NCBI GenBank assembly: GCA_951406725.2
Contig: OX597828.1
Span: 18,972,001 to 19,036,000, forward strand
Direction: 5' to 3'
DNA length: 64,000 nucleotides
Origin: Octopus vulgaris
Taxonomy: Eukaryota
Part shown: positions 40,016 through 55,492 of the stretch, piece after piece
Position numbering within the stretch: the first letter of the stretch is position 1
Layout: each line of letters opens with the position of its first letter
The notes under the pieces: model-generated
Told to the model about the DNA's origin: nothing
Database searches by the model: none
What the model saw: only the letters and a program-made list of their open reading frames with translations
Made by a program: the position numbers and the translations under genes

Positions 40016-40780
40016 TTGTTTCATTCTTTTTCTTTCATTCTTCTTCCTATTTTTCTTCTTGTTTGCTATACTTCAATTTCTTCTTTTTTGATAATTTATT
40101 ACAATTCCTTTACTTCCCTTTATATTTTTCTTCTTTTTCTTCTCATCCTCTGTCGCCTCCCTTACTTTTTCATCTCGTTTTTCTCCTTCTTCTTCTCCAC
40201 CTCTTTCTCCTCCTTCTCTTCCTCTCTTCTTCCTCTGCACCTCCTCCTTCATCTCATCTTTCTTCTGTTTTTTTCTATTTTATCTCATTTTTCTCCTTCT
40301 CTGCCTTCTCTACCTTCTCTTTCTTCTTCTTCTCCTCTCCTTCCTCTTCCCTTCCTTCTCTTCCTCCCCTCCTTCATCTCATTTTTCTTCTCTTCTGTTT
40401 CTTTTTTTTCATCTTATTTTTCTCCTCTCCTCTTTTTTCCTCCTTATCCTCCTCCTTCTTCCTCTTCCCCTCCTCCCCTCCTTCATCTCACTTTTCTTCT
40501 CTTCTCTTTCTTCTTTTCCTCCTCCTTTTTCTCTTCTTCTTCTTCCTCTTCCTCCTGAATTTTCTTCCTCTAAATTTCATATGCTGCTCCTTCTTCATTC
40601 CCTTCTCCTACTCTTCCTCCATTTTCTCCTCCTCCTTATGCTTCCCATTTTTCATTTCTTTCTCCTAATTTTCCTCGGTCTTCCTCCTCCTCCTCCTCCT
40701 GATTCTTCCTCTTCTGCTTCTCCTTCTCCATTCCCTTCTTCTCTTCTCCCTCGATCCTTTTATCCTCCTCCTCTCCTTCA
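40016..40780. repeat. ~760-bp polypyrimidine (CT-rich) low-complexity tract
   Basis: Almost exclusively C/T on the + strand. Confidence 0.95.
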
Positions 40781-41129
40781 TCATCACCATCACTGTCGCC
40801 GTTCTTGTCACCGTCATCATTGCCACAAAGTTATGCAGTGATCATTGTCAACATATCCATTCCTGTCTTGAGATTTAGGAGAGAAATCTCCTCGATTCTT
40901 GAGGACAAAGAAATAAAAATGGAGATTCTTCTTACAGAATAAAAACTATGACAGTTTTTCTGTGACTCCATTCTTCATTCTTCCTGGCTCTCTCCCAATA
41001 TGTCTCTCAATCTCTTGACGAGCTGTTTACAGTATTATTCCCAACATCCTAATGAAAAACAAAATAGGGCCGACATTGTTATTGTTGTTACAGTCAGTTT
41101 TGTTGTTGTTGTTGTATTTGTAATATGCA

Positions 41130-44010
<2,881 letters not shown>

Positions 44011-44671
44011 ATATATTTCTCGGTGTGTATGTCTGCTTGCATTGTTTATCATGTCGTTTTTCCATTCATTTTTTTTTTACATCCATTTTTCCATGCAAGC
44101 ATGGGTTAGGTGAATCTTACTGGGGCAGATTTTCAACTCTTGAATGATGTTTCTGTTGCCAACATACACACACACACACACACACACGCGCATGCATGCA
44201 CCCACACAAGCAGTTAAATAAGGTTGAGGTAAAAACCTTGTAGAATGCCATGCAAAGCTCATCCACAGGTATTGGTTACCTCATGTCATCATACAGTGGA
44301 AATGCTCATGCTACTGGATATAGATCAGGAATTCTATTGTATCTGTAGAGTTAATATGGATGGATAAATAACAGAAAACTTATTGAATGACATTTTTCAT
44401 TTAAAATCACTGCAATTGTATTGACACATGTTTACATTTTAAGAACATATGCACATTTGACTAGTTTCCTCATAGTTTCCCATGTACCAAATTTATTCAC
44501 AAGGCATGGTCAGCCCAAGACAATAGTAAAAGACACCTGCCCAAGGTGCCATGCAGTGCGACTTAAACCAAAATCACATGGTTGCAAAATGAGATGCCAG
44601 GGCTGAAGTCTGCTCCAGCATCTCATCAGTTATTAAGGCATACATATAGTAGAAGGTTTGTCTTAATAACT

Positions 44672-44848
44672 ATTTCTTTACTACCCACAAGGGGCTAAAC
44701 ACAGAGAGGACAAACAAGGACAGACAAACGGATTAAGTCGATTATATCGACCCAGTGCGTAACTCGGCGGAATTTGAACTCAGAACGTAACGGCAGACAA
44801 AATACTGCTACGTATATTCGCCCGGTGTGCTAACGTTTCTGCCAGCTC
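44672..44848 (-). mobile_element. Family B SINE with 16-bp TSD
   Basis: GTTTGTCTTAATAACT at 44656-44671 and 44849-44864. Confidence 0.92.
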
Positions 44849-44856
44849 GTTTGTCT

Positions 44857-44918
44857 TAATAACTGATGAGATGGCAGAGCAAACTTCAGTCCCGGCATCC
44901 GAAACTCTGAGTTTTAAT
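44857..44918 (+). ncRNA. Hammerhead ribozyme motif (Penelope-type), with an inverted partial copy at 44591-44643
   Basis: TAA-CTGATGA-GATG...CATC-C-GAAAC-TCTGA-GTT-TTA. Near-palindromic stem III AAACTC-T-GAGTTT; stem I is weak. Confidence 0.7.
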
Positions 44919-45216
44919 TTGCCACATATTATATTTATAGATAAATTCCTCTATTTTACATAATGTCGAGGTCTCATTCATTCTTTTGTTGTCATGTAAT
45001 TATTATTAATACATATATTTATATATATTTTTTACACTCTGCTGTTCACTGAGGATAACTTCCATCATTAATCTTCCATTTTTGTTGGGAATTCTGTAAA
45101 GTATGAAGGTGTTGTCCATAAATGTTTTTCTTTTTTTTTTTCTTTTTTGCTTTTTCTGTGTTTCACGGTGTAGAAAACTTCGTTGAAACTGATGAAGGAT
45201 CTATTTTACTTATTGT

Positions 45217-45261
<45 letters not shown>

Positions 45262-45426
45262 GAATGTATCATGTAAACACGGATGTGTGTGCAATTAAGC
45301 GAGAAAGTACTCAATACAGTGAAGTAGAGTGGAATGAGACTTATTCAAGGCATATTCAGATGTTTAATGAAGCAGAAATAGGGAACTTGAGTAGCAACTA
45401 ACTCAGGCTCAACTGTGAATAAATCT

Positions 45427-45485
<59 letters not shown>

Positions 45486-46029
45486 ACACACACACACACA
45501 CAAAAATAAATACATACATACATGCATACACGTGTGTATGTGTCTGTGTACATATTCACATATGTATAGGTCTATGTAAATATATATACACACATGAATA
45601 TATAAGCATAAGCATATATCCATATATATACATACACACACATGCACATAGATATAGTTATACGCACAGACACACACACACACACACACACATGCACACA
45701 GATGTTTGCTTCATTATAGCATAGGAAACACATGAATATAAATGTTAATATTACACTTAGATCTACTTGTACAATATATAACTATTAAGAATTTATTATA
45801 TTCATATTGTTAACAATATTGTTAATATTAATATTCATATATTCATAATGTATTGAAACATATACTGTAATGAAACATGCGCATGTGTAAAATGGAATTA
45901 CAATTTTTCTAAATTTTTTAGTCTTTGTCATAATATATATGTGTGTGTGTATGTGTGTGTTTGTATGTGTGTGTGTGTGCGTGTGTACTCTTTCATTCCT
46001 TTGTATATTGCAGCCCTAAGGCTGTGGCC

Positions 46030-46210
46030 GTATTCTTTTATTCTTTTACTTGTCTCAGTCATTCAGCAAATCGACCCCAGAACTTATTCTTTGCAAGCCA
46101 AATGCTTATTTCCTCAGTCCCTTTTGCTGAACCGCTAAGTTACAGGGACGTAAACACACCAGCATTGGTTGTCAAGTGATGCTCGGGTAACAAACACAGA
46201 CACACAAACA

Positions 46211-46276
<66 letters not shown>

Positions 46277-46445
46277 CATACAACAGGCTTCTTTCAGTTT
46301 CCATCTACCAAATCCACTCACAAGGCTTTGGTTGGCCCGAGGCTATAGTAGAAGATACTTGCCTAAGGTGCCACACAGTGGGACTGAACCCGGAACCATG
46401 TGGTTGGTAAGCAAGCTACTTACCACACAGCCACTCCTGTGCCTA
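46030..46445 (-). mobile_element. Family A SINE
   Basis: Family A head, CORE-like block, (TA)n and tail. Confidence 0.9.
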
Positions 46446-46469
46446 TATATATACATATATATATATTCC

Positions 46470-46670
46470 AAAATATAACTACATGTGGATTGTTGGTGAT
46501 CTTTTCCCTCCATCTTTCTTTTCTTTTGGACTTCCCTCTGTCTCCTGTCCCTGAAGAAGAGCTTTACTCAAAACGTAAAACACCCTTTCTTTCCTTCCCT
46601 GAGCATCTTATTAAGACTTTGCATATACCACGACTTCTTGTTGTCTTTTTCTCCATTTTCTTAAATTCAT
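46470..46670 (+). mobile_element. Short Penelope-type repeat between TA tracts with degenerate HHR
   Basis: CTGAAGA-AGAGC-TTT-ACTC-AAAAC-GTA from 46551 (GAAA mutated). Related to 60081-60299. Confidence 0.6.
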
Positions 46671-46692
46671 ATATATATATATAATAATAAAT

Positions 46693-46943
46693 AAATGTGC
46701 CCTTTTAAAGCCTAGCCAGGTTCATGGGCCCGGTTTCCCATTTTCAGTGGCGTGTGTGGTCCCCAGCTGGATGAGACGCTAGTCCATTGCAGTGTTACTC
46801 ATTTTTGCCAGCTCAGTGGACTGGAGCAACGTGAAATGAAGTGTTTTGCTCAAGAACACATTGTGTCGCCCGGTCCAGGAATCGAAACCACAATCTTATG
46901 ATCATGATGCTGACACCCTAACCACTAAGCCACACACCTCCAC
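46693..46943 (-). mobile_element. Family C-related SINE
   Basis: Minus strand GTGGAGGTGTGTGGCTTAGTGGTTAGG..GGTTTCGATTCC. Confidence 0.85.
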
Positions 46944-47351
46944 TCATATATATATATATATATAAATTAGAAAAAAACCACCTGTTATCAATTCAGTAAT
47001 GAAAAATTAAATATAAGACAAAAAAATATAACGATGATTAAGTAATGTGCAAAATAATAAATAAAATGTAGATAGATAGCAATGTATGTATGTATGTATG
47101 TATGGATTATGCAAATTAGTTGCTCTAGTCCTCTGAAGCTACTGGATTTGTTGCATATATAAGCAGATTGACCACTTGTTTCTCTGAGGATTGGTTAAAT
47201 GATTTAGATTCCTGATATGAACCCAATTAGGTTCAAAAATCGATTAAGGCGCCGTTCATGATTTTTTCATAATATGGTGATATAGCTAAATTTTCCCTCT
47301 TTGTTTGTCAAGTAGTCTACCAAACCGGTTATGTGTATATATATATATATG

Positions 47352-47586
47352 CAGGATTGGCCAAAAGTCACCTGACAATAAATCAAAACCATTTAATTCC
47401 AAGATTGAAACAAAAATTTATTTTGTATGAGATTTTCGCTAATAAATAGACAAATTTTGAAAAGGGTGATTTTAACTCCTAGCATTCAATTTATTAAGCA
47501 TTCATAATTGAAATGAATAATTAAAATTGAATTTTAAGTATTTATGGAATTTTGATTTACTGTCAGGTGACTTTTGGCCAACCCTG
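47352..47586. mobile_element. Tc1/mariner MITE
   Basis: 37-bp TIRs CAGGATTGGCCAAAAGTCACCTGACAATAAATCAAAA / TTTTGATTTACTGTCAGGTGACTTTTGGCCAACCCTG within TA repeats. Confidence 0.9.
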
Positions 47587-47617
<31 letters not shown>

Positions 47618-47761
47618 GTCTCGAATGAGATCCCGAGATTCTCAGTATAGAAGACAGTAGCACTCAAATGATTCAAACTTGGACTCCGATGTCTTCACAG
47701 GGGATCAATTCCACTGGGTAAAGAATGGTTATAAGAGAGATCTATTTGAGCAGATAAGATA

Positions 47762-47957
47762 TAGAGGCAATAATGCAGATAAATAAAGTAGATATATTGA
47801 ATATATAGCTAATTTGGGTATGAAATACAAAATATGTATACATGCAAGACATGCTTTCTCTCATTTTGCATGTATATATATATATACATATTTTGTATTT
47901 CATACCGAGACTGTTATATTTATTATATCTAATTTGTTTATCCACAAAATTGCCTAT
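47762..47957. repeat. ~200-bp imperfect palindrome
   Basis: Perfect inner arms GGTATGAAATACAAAATATGTATA / TATACATATTTTGTATTTCATACC. Degenerate outer arms extend to AGGCAAT / ATTGCCT. Confidence 0.8.
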
Positions 47958-48529
47958 ATATGTATGTATATAGGCAAACAAATATATACGACAAACACAT
48001 ATTATGTACGCATATATATATACACTTGTGTGTGCACGTGTGTGTGTGTTTAAGCATGTATATACATATGTATATAGATATATATGTTCACAACTCATAA
48101 TACAGCATATCTTCGCACATCAAAATACAAGTCAAAAGCCTCACTCTACAAATTTTCGTTCTTGAAGAAATCCCATTTCTCACAGAAATATTTCACTATT
48201 AATGTCAATATTACCAAATGCCAAAGGAGGAATTTGATTGGCAGAAACATTAAAGCAGTGGACAAAATGTCTCATCATATTCAGTCACATCATTCTGAGT
48301 TCCAACCCACTGAAGTCATCTTCGCCTTCTATTTTGGCTGTTTATTAGGGTTGATACAACTGGCTATACCCTTCTGAAAATTTGTGGTTTTATTCCTAAA
48401 TTTGAAATTTCATTTATATTTGAACCAATATTATTTTAAGTGTTTTAAGGGCCCCCAAAAAAATTTTCCTTTAGATGTATGTCTTGGTATGTATTACAAG
48501 AAATAGCTAGTTTTCTAGCTATTTCTTTA

Positions 48530-48783
48530 TGGTTAAGAGTGCAAACTACTAACCCCAAGATTTTGGGTTCAATCCCAGATGGTGACTTGAATAAATAATA
48601 ATAATCACATCAGCAAAAAAATACTTTATGAATGAGAACAGATTACTCCAGTAGTCAAATAAAGGGTTGGGTCTGAAATTCCATGAAGACATCTGATGAA
48701 GGCTGGAGAGTACATCAGCTGAAACATGGTAACAACAAACAAGGTGGGGATACCTATCCATCCAATGTAAATATTATAATATT
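48530..48783 (+). mobile_element. Diverged single copy of the tRNA-headed HHR element
   Basis: TGGTTAAGAGTGCAAACTACTAACCCCAAG..GGGTTCAATCCC..(AAT)n..GAATGAGAAC..GACAT-CTGATGA-AGGCTG..CAGCT-GAAAC..AACAACAAACAAG. Inserted in a family B SINE context. Confidence 0.8.
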
Positions 48784-49776
48784 CAGCTGTCATTGGTTTC
48801 AAATTTTGGTACAAGGCCAGTAATTTTGGTGTAGGGGTTAAGTCGATTACATCAACCTACAGTGATTGACTGGTACTTTTTTTTTTTCAACCCCAAGAAG
48901 ATGAAAGGCAAAGTCAACCTCACCAGAACAAAGTGCCGCTAAGCATTTTACCTGGCATGCTAATGATTCTGCCAGCTGCCACCTTCAGCTTCCATTAATA
49001 TTGGCTTCAAATTTTTGGCACCAGGCCAGTAATTTCAGGGAAGGGGATAAGTCAATTATACATTGATGCCCACCTAGTGAATAATACATTGATGCCCTCC
49101 TAGTGAATATGAGTGAATAAGTGGAGTGAAAGTTAAAAGCCTTCAAAACAGGAATAGAAATTGAGTCACATGCCTAAATTTTTAGGAACTTACTCCAACA
49201 GGGACTGTTACTTATTTTATTAACCCCAGAGTATGAAAGGCAAAGTCAACCTTAGTGGAAGAATTTGATCTCAGAACATAAAGACAGACGAAATGCTGCT
49301 AAGCTTTTTGCCCCGCATGCTAACGATTCTGCCAGGTTGCCATCTTCAATTCCTATTAATATTAGAACAGAGCAAATCATTGGAGTGTATGGACATCCCC
49401 AAAGTTTTATTAATCCTTTCATTAAACCATATTTCTGTTGAAATGCATTTCCTTTGCTTCAATGAATTCCGAAAACAACAAAGAATTTAGTAATATATCT
49501 GTGCCGTTATTAAGCTGCTGTTTGAAACATGTTAATATGGAATGTTGAAAGATGGTTTTAATTTAGACCGCTTTAAAACAGGAAGTTTGTGTTATAGAAC
49601 TCAGAGTGGTCTTGGATGAATTGGCATCAAAAGGGTTAAGCTGTTTCTATAGAAGCAGCTTAACCATGTGGTTGCTTCCCAACCACATAGTTCTGGGTTC
49701 GGTCCCACTGCATGGCACCTTGAGCAAGTGTTTTCTACTATAGCCTCGGGCCGACCAGAGCCTTGTCAGTGGATAT

Positions 49777-50100
49777 GGGCAGTTGCAGGTGGTTTGTTGG
49801 CATTAAAAGAACTAAGAGGTATTTGTTCTATAATCATTGTCATCATTATAGAATTTCTTCATTGAGGTAAGATTAGAACTTTTGAATTCACCCCTGCTTT
49901 AGACAGCCACTTATTTCATCGACCTATGGGGGAAGGATGAAATTTAAATTAAAACTTATGGGATTTTGATGTCTGAACTAAATAAATGGGTGTCAGAGTG
50001 GCTGTGTGGTAAGTAGCTTGCTTATGCACCACATGGTTCCGGGTTCAGTCCCACTGCGTGGCACCTTGGGCAAGTGTCTTCTACTATAGCCTCAGACCGA
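49777..50100 (-). repeat. Inverted duplicate of ~5970-6295
   Basis: ~220 bp of non-SINE flank plus the SINE A head match the reverse complement of the 6-kb locus with few mismatches. Confidence 0.9.
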
Positions 50101-51659
50101 CCAAAGCCTTGTCAGTGGATTTGGTAAACGGGAAAATGCAAGAAACCTGTCATATAAACGTGTGTGTGTCTTTGTCACCAACCACCACTTGACAACCACT
50201 GTTGGTGTGTTTACATCCCCATGATTTAGCAGTTCAACAAAGGCAAACAATAGAGTAAGTACCAGACTTAGAACAAATTAAGTACTGGGGTAAATTTGTT
50301 TAACCAAAATTCTTCAAGGCGGTGCCCCAGTATGGCCGCAGTCTAATGACTGAAACAAGTAAAAGATGAAATTAAAGTTAAAGCCTACAATGGACCTTTT
50401 ATATGGTCCCTCTGTCTGCTAGCAATAGCAGTCAAATCTCCCTGAAATCACTCCTTATCATTTGAAAAATAGGAAAAGCACATTAGACAGTGTAATTCTA
50501 GATATGATATGCCTGAAAGGAAGAAACACAAGAGGACAGGAAGGAATGATATTGGATAATCTAGTTTTATGTAAAACTAAACAAAAAATATCAGACTTGA
50601 TAGTCATGGACGGAACTGTTTTGTTCCTAATCCTACTCTGCCAGTGCTGTTCTGGGTTAAAACAACAGTTTTAACATCAACATCAACAAGAAGCTCTTTT
50701 ACATACATATTCCTGTCCAATTATTCAGAAAATTCTTCATTCTGAATGTAAACTATCGCATTTCCCCTTTCTGACCCACGGTGCTGGCTTTTGTACTTTC
50801 AAATGATCCGTTTTTAACCTTTAGCATGGTACCATCACAGAAAACGCTAAATGCATTTGACATCAGCAAGTCCTTTTGTTTCAACACTTCCCTAACCCTC
50901 AACTCACTTGTCTTGCTTTAAAATATACACGCAAATTAACTATATTGCTTAAATATAGTTTAGTAAAAAAAAAAAAAAAGTAAGGGGGTGGCCAGGCAAC
51001 CCAAACAAAAAAAAAATCATAAATAAACACAGGAAAAGGTACAAAAAAAAGAATGAATAACAACTGGCACAGAAATATCGGTTGGAAAATTATCTCTCAG
51101 GACATCTGGCTTAAGACCTTTTCTGTATATCCCTAAAATTTTCACTAATTTGATCGTACAGAATATCTGTCAATTTGCTCAGCCTGTCAAATTAACAAGT
51201 GTATCCTAACGACATCTCCTCTGCCTGTTACTCCACCCTCCTCCTCCTTCTCCGCCCCCCCTCCTCCCCGACACGCGTGGTATGTTATGCTGATTACAAC
51301 GCAATCGCATATTTTCATGTCACACTCGTGACAGCTGTAAAACCCCCTGTATGTGTCGAGACTAGAATCTTGATTCCACCAACTTCAGAATTAGGCTTTG
51401 CATCAAATATAATTCTTCTACTGCCGTATTAATGAGTCAACAAGGGAGATTCTACATGGTTTGTGAACGTGCTAGAAGTGGCAGCTAAACCTGCCTCTCA
51501 AATTATATGCAAGCATTTTGAAAATGAAGGACGCATTTTGGTAACATACATCACAGATATAGTTAGTATATTGGAAATGGCAGCTAAATCTACCTCTCAA
51601 TTTATGTTCAAGCATCTTGAAAATGAAGGACATATTAGATAATGTAGATCATGGATACA

Positions 51660-52008
51660 TTCTTTTATTCTTTTACTTGTTTCAGTCATTTGACTATGTC
51701 CATGCTGGAGCACCACCTAGTGCTTATTCTATCAGTTTCTTTTGCTGAACCACTAAGTTATAGGGACATAAACACACCAACATTGGTTGTCAAGCAATGG
51801 TGAGGGACAAACACAGATACACGTACTCAAATATATATATATATATATACGACAGGCTTCTTTCAGTTTCCGTCTGCCAAATCCACTCACAAGGCTTTGG
51901 TTGGCCCAAGGCTATAGCAGAAGACACTTGCCCAAGGTGCCACGTAGTGGAACTGAACCTGGAACCATGTGGTTCGTAAGCAAGCTACTTACCACACGTT
52001 CACTCCTG
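51660..52008 (-). mobile_element. Family A SINE
   Basis: Family A sequence with an internal deletion. Confidence 0.88.
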
Positions 52009-52597
52009 TAATATTTGAAAATATGACAGGATGGTCATCACTGGAGTACCTTTAATCATAGGCTGTGGTGGTGTCATTGGTGATGGTGATGATTGTGGCA
52101 GTGGTGTTAGGGTGGTGGTAGTAGTTGTAGTGATGGTGGTGGTAGCAGCAATGGTGCTGATAGTGATGGTAGCAATGGTCTTGGAGATGGATTGTTAAAC
52201 CAGGCAGCTGATTAAGTTTGCTGTCACAGCAGGATTCGAACTCAGAATGCAAAGAGCTGGACATAATACCACAAGGGATTTCACCTAAAACTATCATATC
52301 TACCAGACCACCATCCTTGACTGATACCCCATACTCCATTTAGGATCAAAGGCAAAGTTGACCATTGCAGGACTTGAACCCAGAGCCTAAGGTACTGGAT
52401 AGGAATATATTATAAGGCATTTTGTACAATGCTCTAACAATTCTGCCAGTTCAGCCGAGTTGTGTGCGTGACCTTTATGTAACCCTCTCTGACTGGTGAC
52501 ATTGATTTCATTCAAGCTCAAGTGAACTTCTCTTGTAAGATGATCTCTGTATAATAACGCTGGAAGCACTGGGAAAAGAACTGACAGATGTCCATAT

Positions 52598-52645
<48 letters not shown>

Positions 52646-53042
52646 TTGTATGTGTATATATATATGTGTGTAATATATATATATGTATGTACACATATAT
52701 GTATATTTGTATCTTCATGTGTGTGTGTGTGTGTATGTATATAATATATATATATATAAGATATACGTATATATGTATATATTTTTATCTCTGTGTGTAT
52801 ATGTATGTATATATATCTAACTATCTATATATATATGTATGTATGTATGTATGTACCACTAACAAGTTTTTTTTATTTTCTCTCTGTTTATTTCCTCATG
52901 TTCCTTTAAGATTGAAGAGTGCAAGGCTCAAAATGTAAAAGACTTTCTCACCTTCCCAAGTGTCAGACTAATACACCTGCTTGTTGTTTATACACCTGTC
53001 TTCGTCTTTCTTTTTCTGTAAATTTCAACTATGTGTATATAA

Positions 53043-53073
<31 letters not shown>

Positions 53074-53336
53074 CTACTGCACAAACATGATTTTTATTGA
53101 ACTCAAAATACTTATTGTATTCCCTTTCTTGAATACTTTCATGTAAACTGTTTTTAACATTTTCTTATCATGATCAAAGACTGTATAAGTGTATTTTAAT
53201 ACTTTTGTGCTAACCATTGTTTTAACACAACAAAGCTTATACAAAGCTTTACATTTTACTTTTGATAATATTTTTCTAAAATAGTGAAACCAGTCAAGTC
53301 AATAAACATCTCTAAAAGACCTTTGCATTTTCAAAC

Positions 53337-53381
<45 letters not shown>

Positions 53382-53613
53382 TACAATCAAGGCACTCCCA
53401 AATTCTTCGCCCTCTTCCTCCCCTTCTCCTCCTCCTCCTTCTTCTTCTTCCCTACCAAGAATTCACAACGACCTCGAATTCACAAGAGTAAACAAGAGAG
53501 ACAGAGAAAGGCAGAAACAAGGAAAATGCCACTTATATTTGAACACTATGCAAATATTCTTTTAAAAAACTTTTCATTTAATTTTTCCAAAATTTAATTA
53601 TTTTCCATGCTTA

Positions 53614-53649
53614 CAGTTGAAGAAGTCTCAATGACTGAAACTAGTACTG
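53614..53649 (+). ncRNA. Minimal hammerhead ribozyme motif (C3>U)
   Basis: CAG-TTGAAGA-AGTC-TCAAT-GACT-GAAAC-TA-GTA-CTG: all three stems pair, palindromic stem III ACTAGT, one core substitution. Confidence 0.75.
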
Positions 53650-53738
53650 AAATGTTCTTTATAAAATTATTTTAGCATTTTCTATCCTGACTTGTTTTTT
53701 CATATATATATATGTATATATATATATTTGACCACTTA

Positions 53739-53957
53739 CAAGGAGCTGCTGGAAAGTTCCAGGCTTTAAGGGTATCGCAAAACACTTGGTTAGGGACCCA
53801 ACCTACTGATTACTTATACAGGGCTTAGCAAAACTAAAGGACCACTGCAACAAGTGTATGAATCTGAGAGGGAGATATGTTAAATAAAATCATAATTAAC
53901 TGATCTTCCGGTATTTCTTTTTACCGAAAGCCAAGAATTTTTCAGCACTCCATCATG
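53739..53957 (+). mobile_element. Internally deleted mariner element
   Basis: TA-flanked TIR-like ends CAAGGAGCTGCTGGAAAGTTCCAGGCTTT / AAAGCCAAGAATTTTTCAGCACTCC. Internal GLAKLKDHCNKCMNLRGRYVK* resembles the mariner C-terminus GIxKLxxRWxKC..GxY. Confidence 0.75.
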
Positions 53958-54342
53958 TATTCTTCTCATCCTACACTGGTTATTGATTAGATTTACATAT
54001 GTAACAACTAAACATGCCTAAGTTCCCCCAGTCTGTCTGGTGTGAAACCATGACAGCCCTTCCTGAGTCTGCAGTCACTCTGGTGTTAAATTATGGTGCC
54101 CCTATCTGAGACTGTAATCTCCCTGGTATCAAACTACAGTAGTCAGGTCTGACTTTCCAGATAATTATGATTCAGAATAACACTTCCTTTGTTACCTACC
54201 TCTCTCTTTCTCTCTACTGTAATTATCACTACTCAATTTGTATATCTGTCTATCTATCTATTTGTCTGTCTATCTATCTATCTATCTATCTGTCTGTCTA
54301 TCTATCTATCTATCTATATCTATCTATCTATCTCTCTCTCTA

Positions 54343-54406
<64 letters not shown>

Positions 54407-54419
54407 CATCATCATAATT

Positions 54420-55070
54420 ATTGTTTAATGTCTGTTTTCCACGCTAGCATGGGTTGGACGATTTCACTGAGGTCTGGAGAGCCAGCAGCTGTACCAGGCT
54501 CCAATCTGATGTGGCAATGTTTCTACAGCTGGATGCCCTTCCTAACACCAACCACTCCAAGAGTGTAGTAGGTGCTTTTTATGTGCCACTGGCATGGAAG
54601 CCAGTCAGGTGGGCCTGGTATCATTCATGTTCAGATGGTGCCTTTTACGTACCACCAGTACAAGGGCCAGTCAGGGGGTACTGACATCGGCCACAATCGG
54701 TTGGTTCTTTTTACGTGCCACCAGCACAAGGGCCAGTCAGGGTGTACTGACATCGGCCACAATCGGTTGGTTCTTTTTACGTGCCACCAACACAGGAGCC
54801 AGTCAAGCAAACCCAGCATTGATCACATTCGGATGGTACTTTTTACATGTCACTAGCACAGAAGCCAGTCAGGGTGCACTGGCCACAGTTATGATATTGG
54901 GCCTACTTGACTCAACAAATCTTTTCAAGCATATCATATCACCCAATGCATCAGGGGTATTCTTAAAAGTGTTGAACAAGTGTGGCTGCGATCTCACTTT
55001 AGTTGCCAGGTCTTCTCAAGCACAGCATATCTTCAAAGGTTCCATTCTCCTGTCATTGCCTCTGTGTTCC
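54420..55070 (-). mobile_element. Family D element with internal ~60-bp tandem repeats
   Basis: TTTTACGTGCCACCAGCACAAGGGCCAGTCAGG.. units repeated about five times between 54570 and 54890. Confidence 0.8.
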
Positions 55071-55492
55071 TTTTCAACCTTCTATATATATATAAGCATA
55101 TAGATATGAAAATAAATAGATCAACATACAAATATGGAGACACGGATCCACATATTTAAAGGTACATATGGTACATAACACACACACACACAGTCATGCA
55201 CACACAAGGAGACATACATAAACAAACACATGCTCACACTCATATACATAGAAAATATACAAACAAGGACATGCAAGCACATAAATATGCAGGATACATA
55301 CATACAGATGCACACACATACATACGTATATACATATGCATACGTGCACATATATACATACATACTCATGCAAACAAACACATACATACATATGTACATG
55401 CATGCATGTATAGGCACACACACACACACACACACTGACCCACACACATGTGCACAAACAAACAAAAAGGAATGCAGTGTAAATAACGGACA

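Noticed and set aside
40016-40841. Longest ORFs (180 and 201 aa, F/S/L/P-rich)
   Set aside because: Open only because a pyrimidine tract cannot encode stop codons.
47105-47330. Possible HHR (CTGAGGA, GAACC/GGTTC hairpin, ATCGAT palindrome)
   Set aside because: I could not assemble a consistent three-stem fold with a canonical core.
54570-54890. 60-bp repeats as a CRISPR array or a repeat protein (FTCHQH)
   Set aside because: Internal tandem repeats of family D elements, also seen at 33.8 kb and 58.1 kb.
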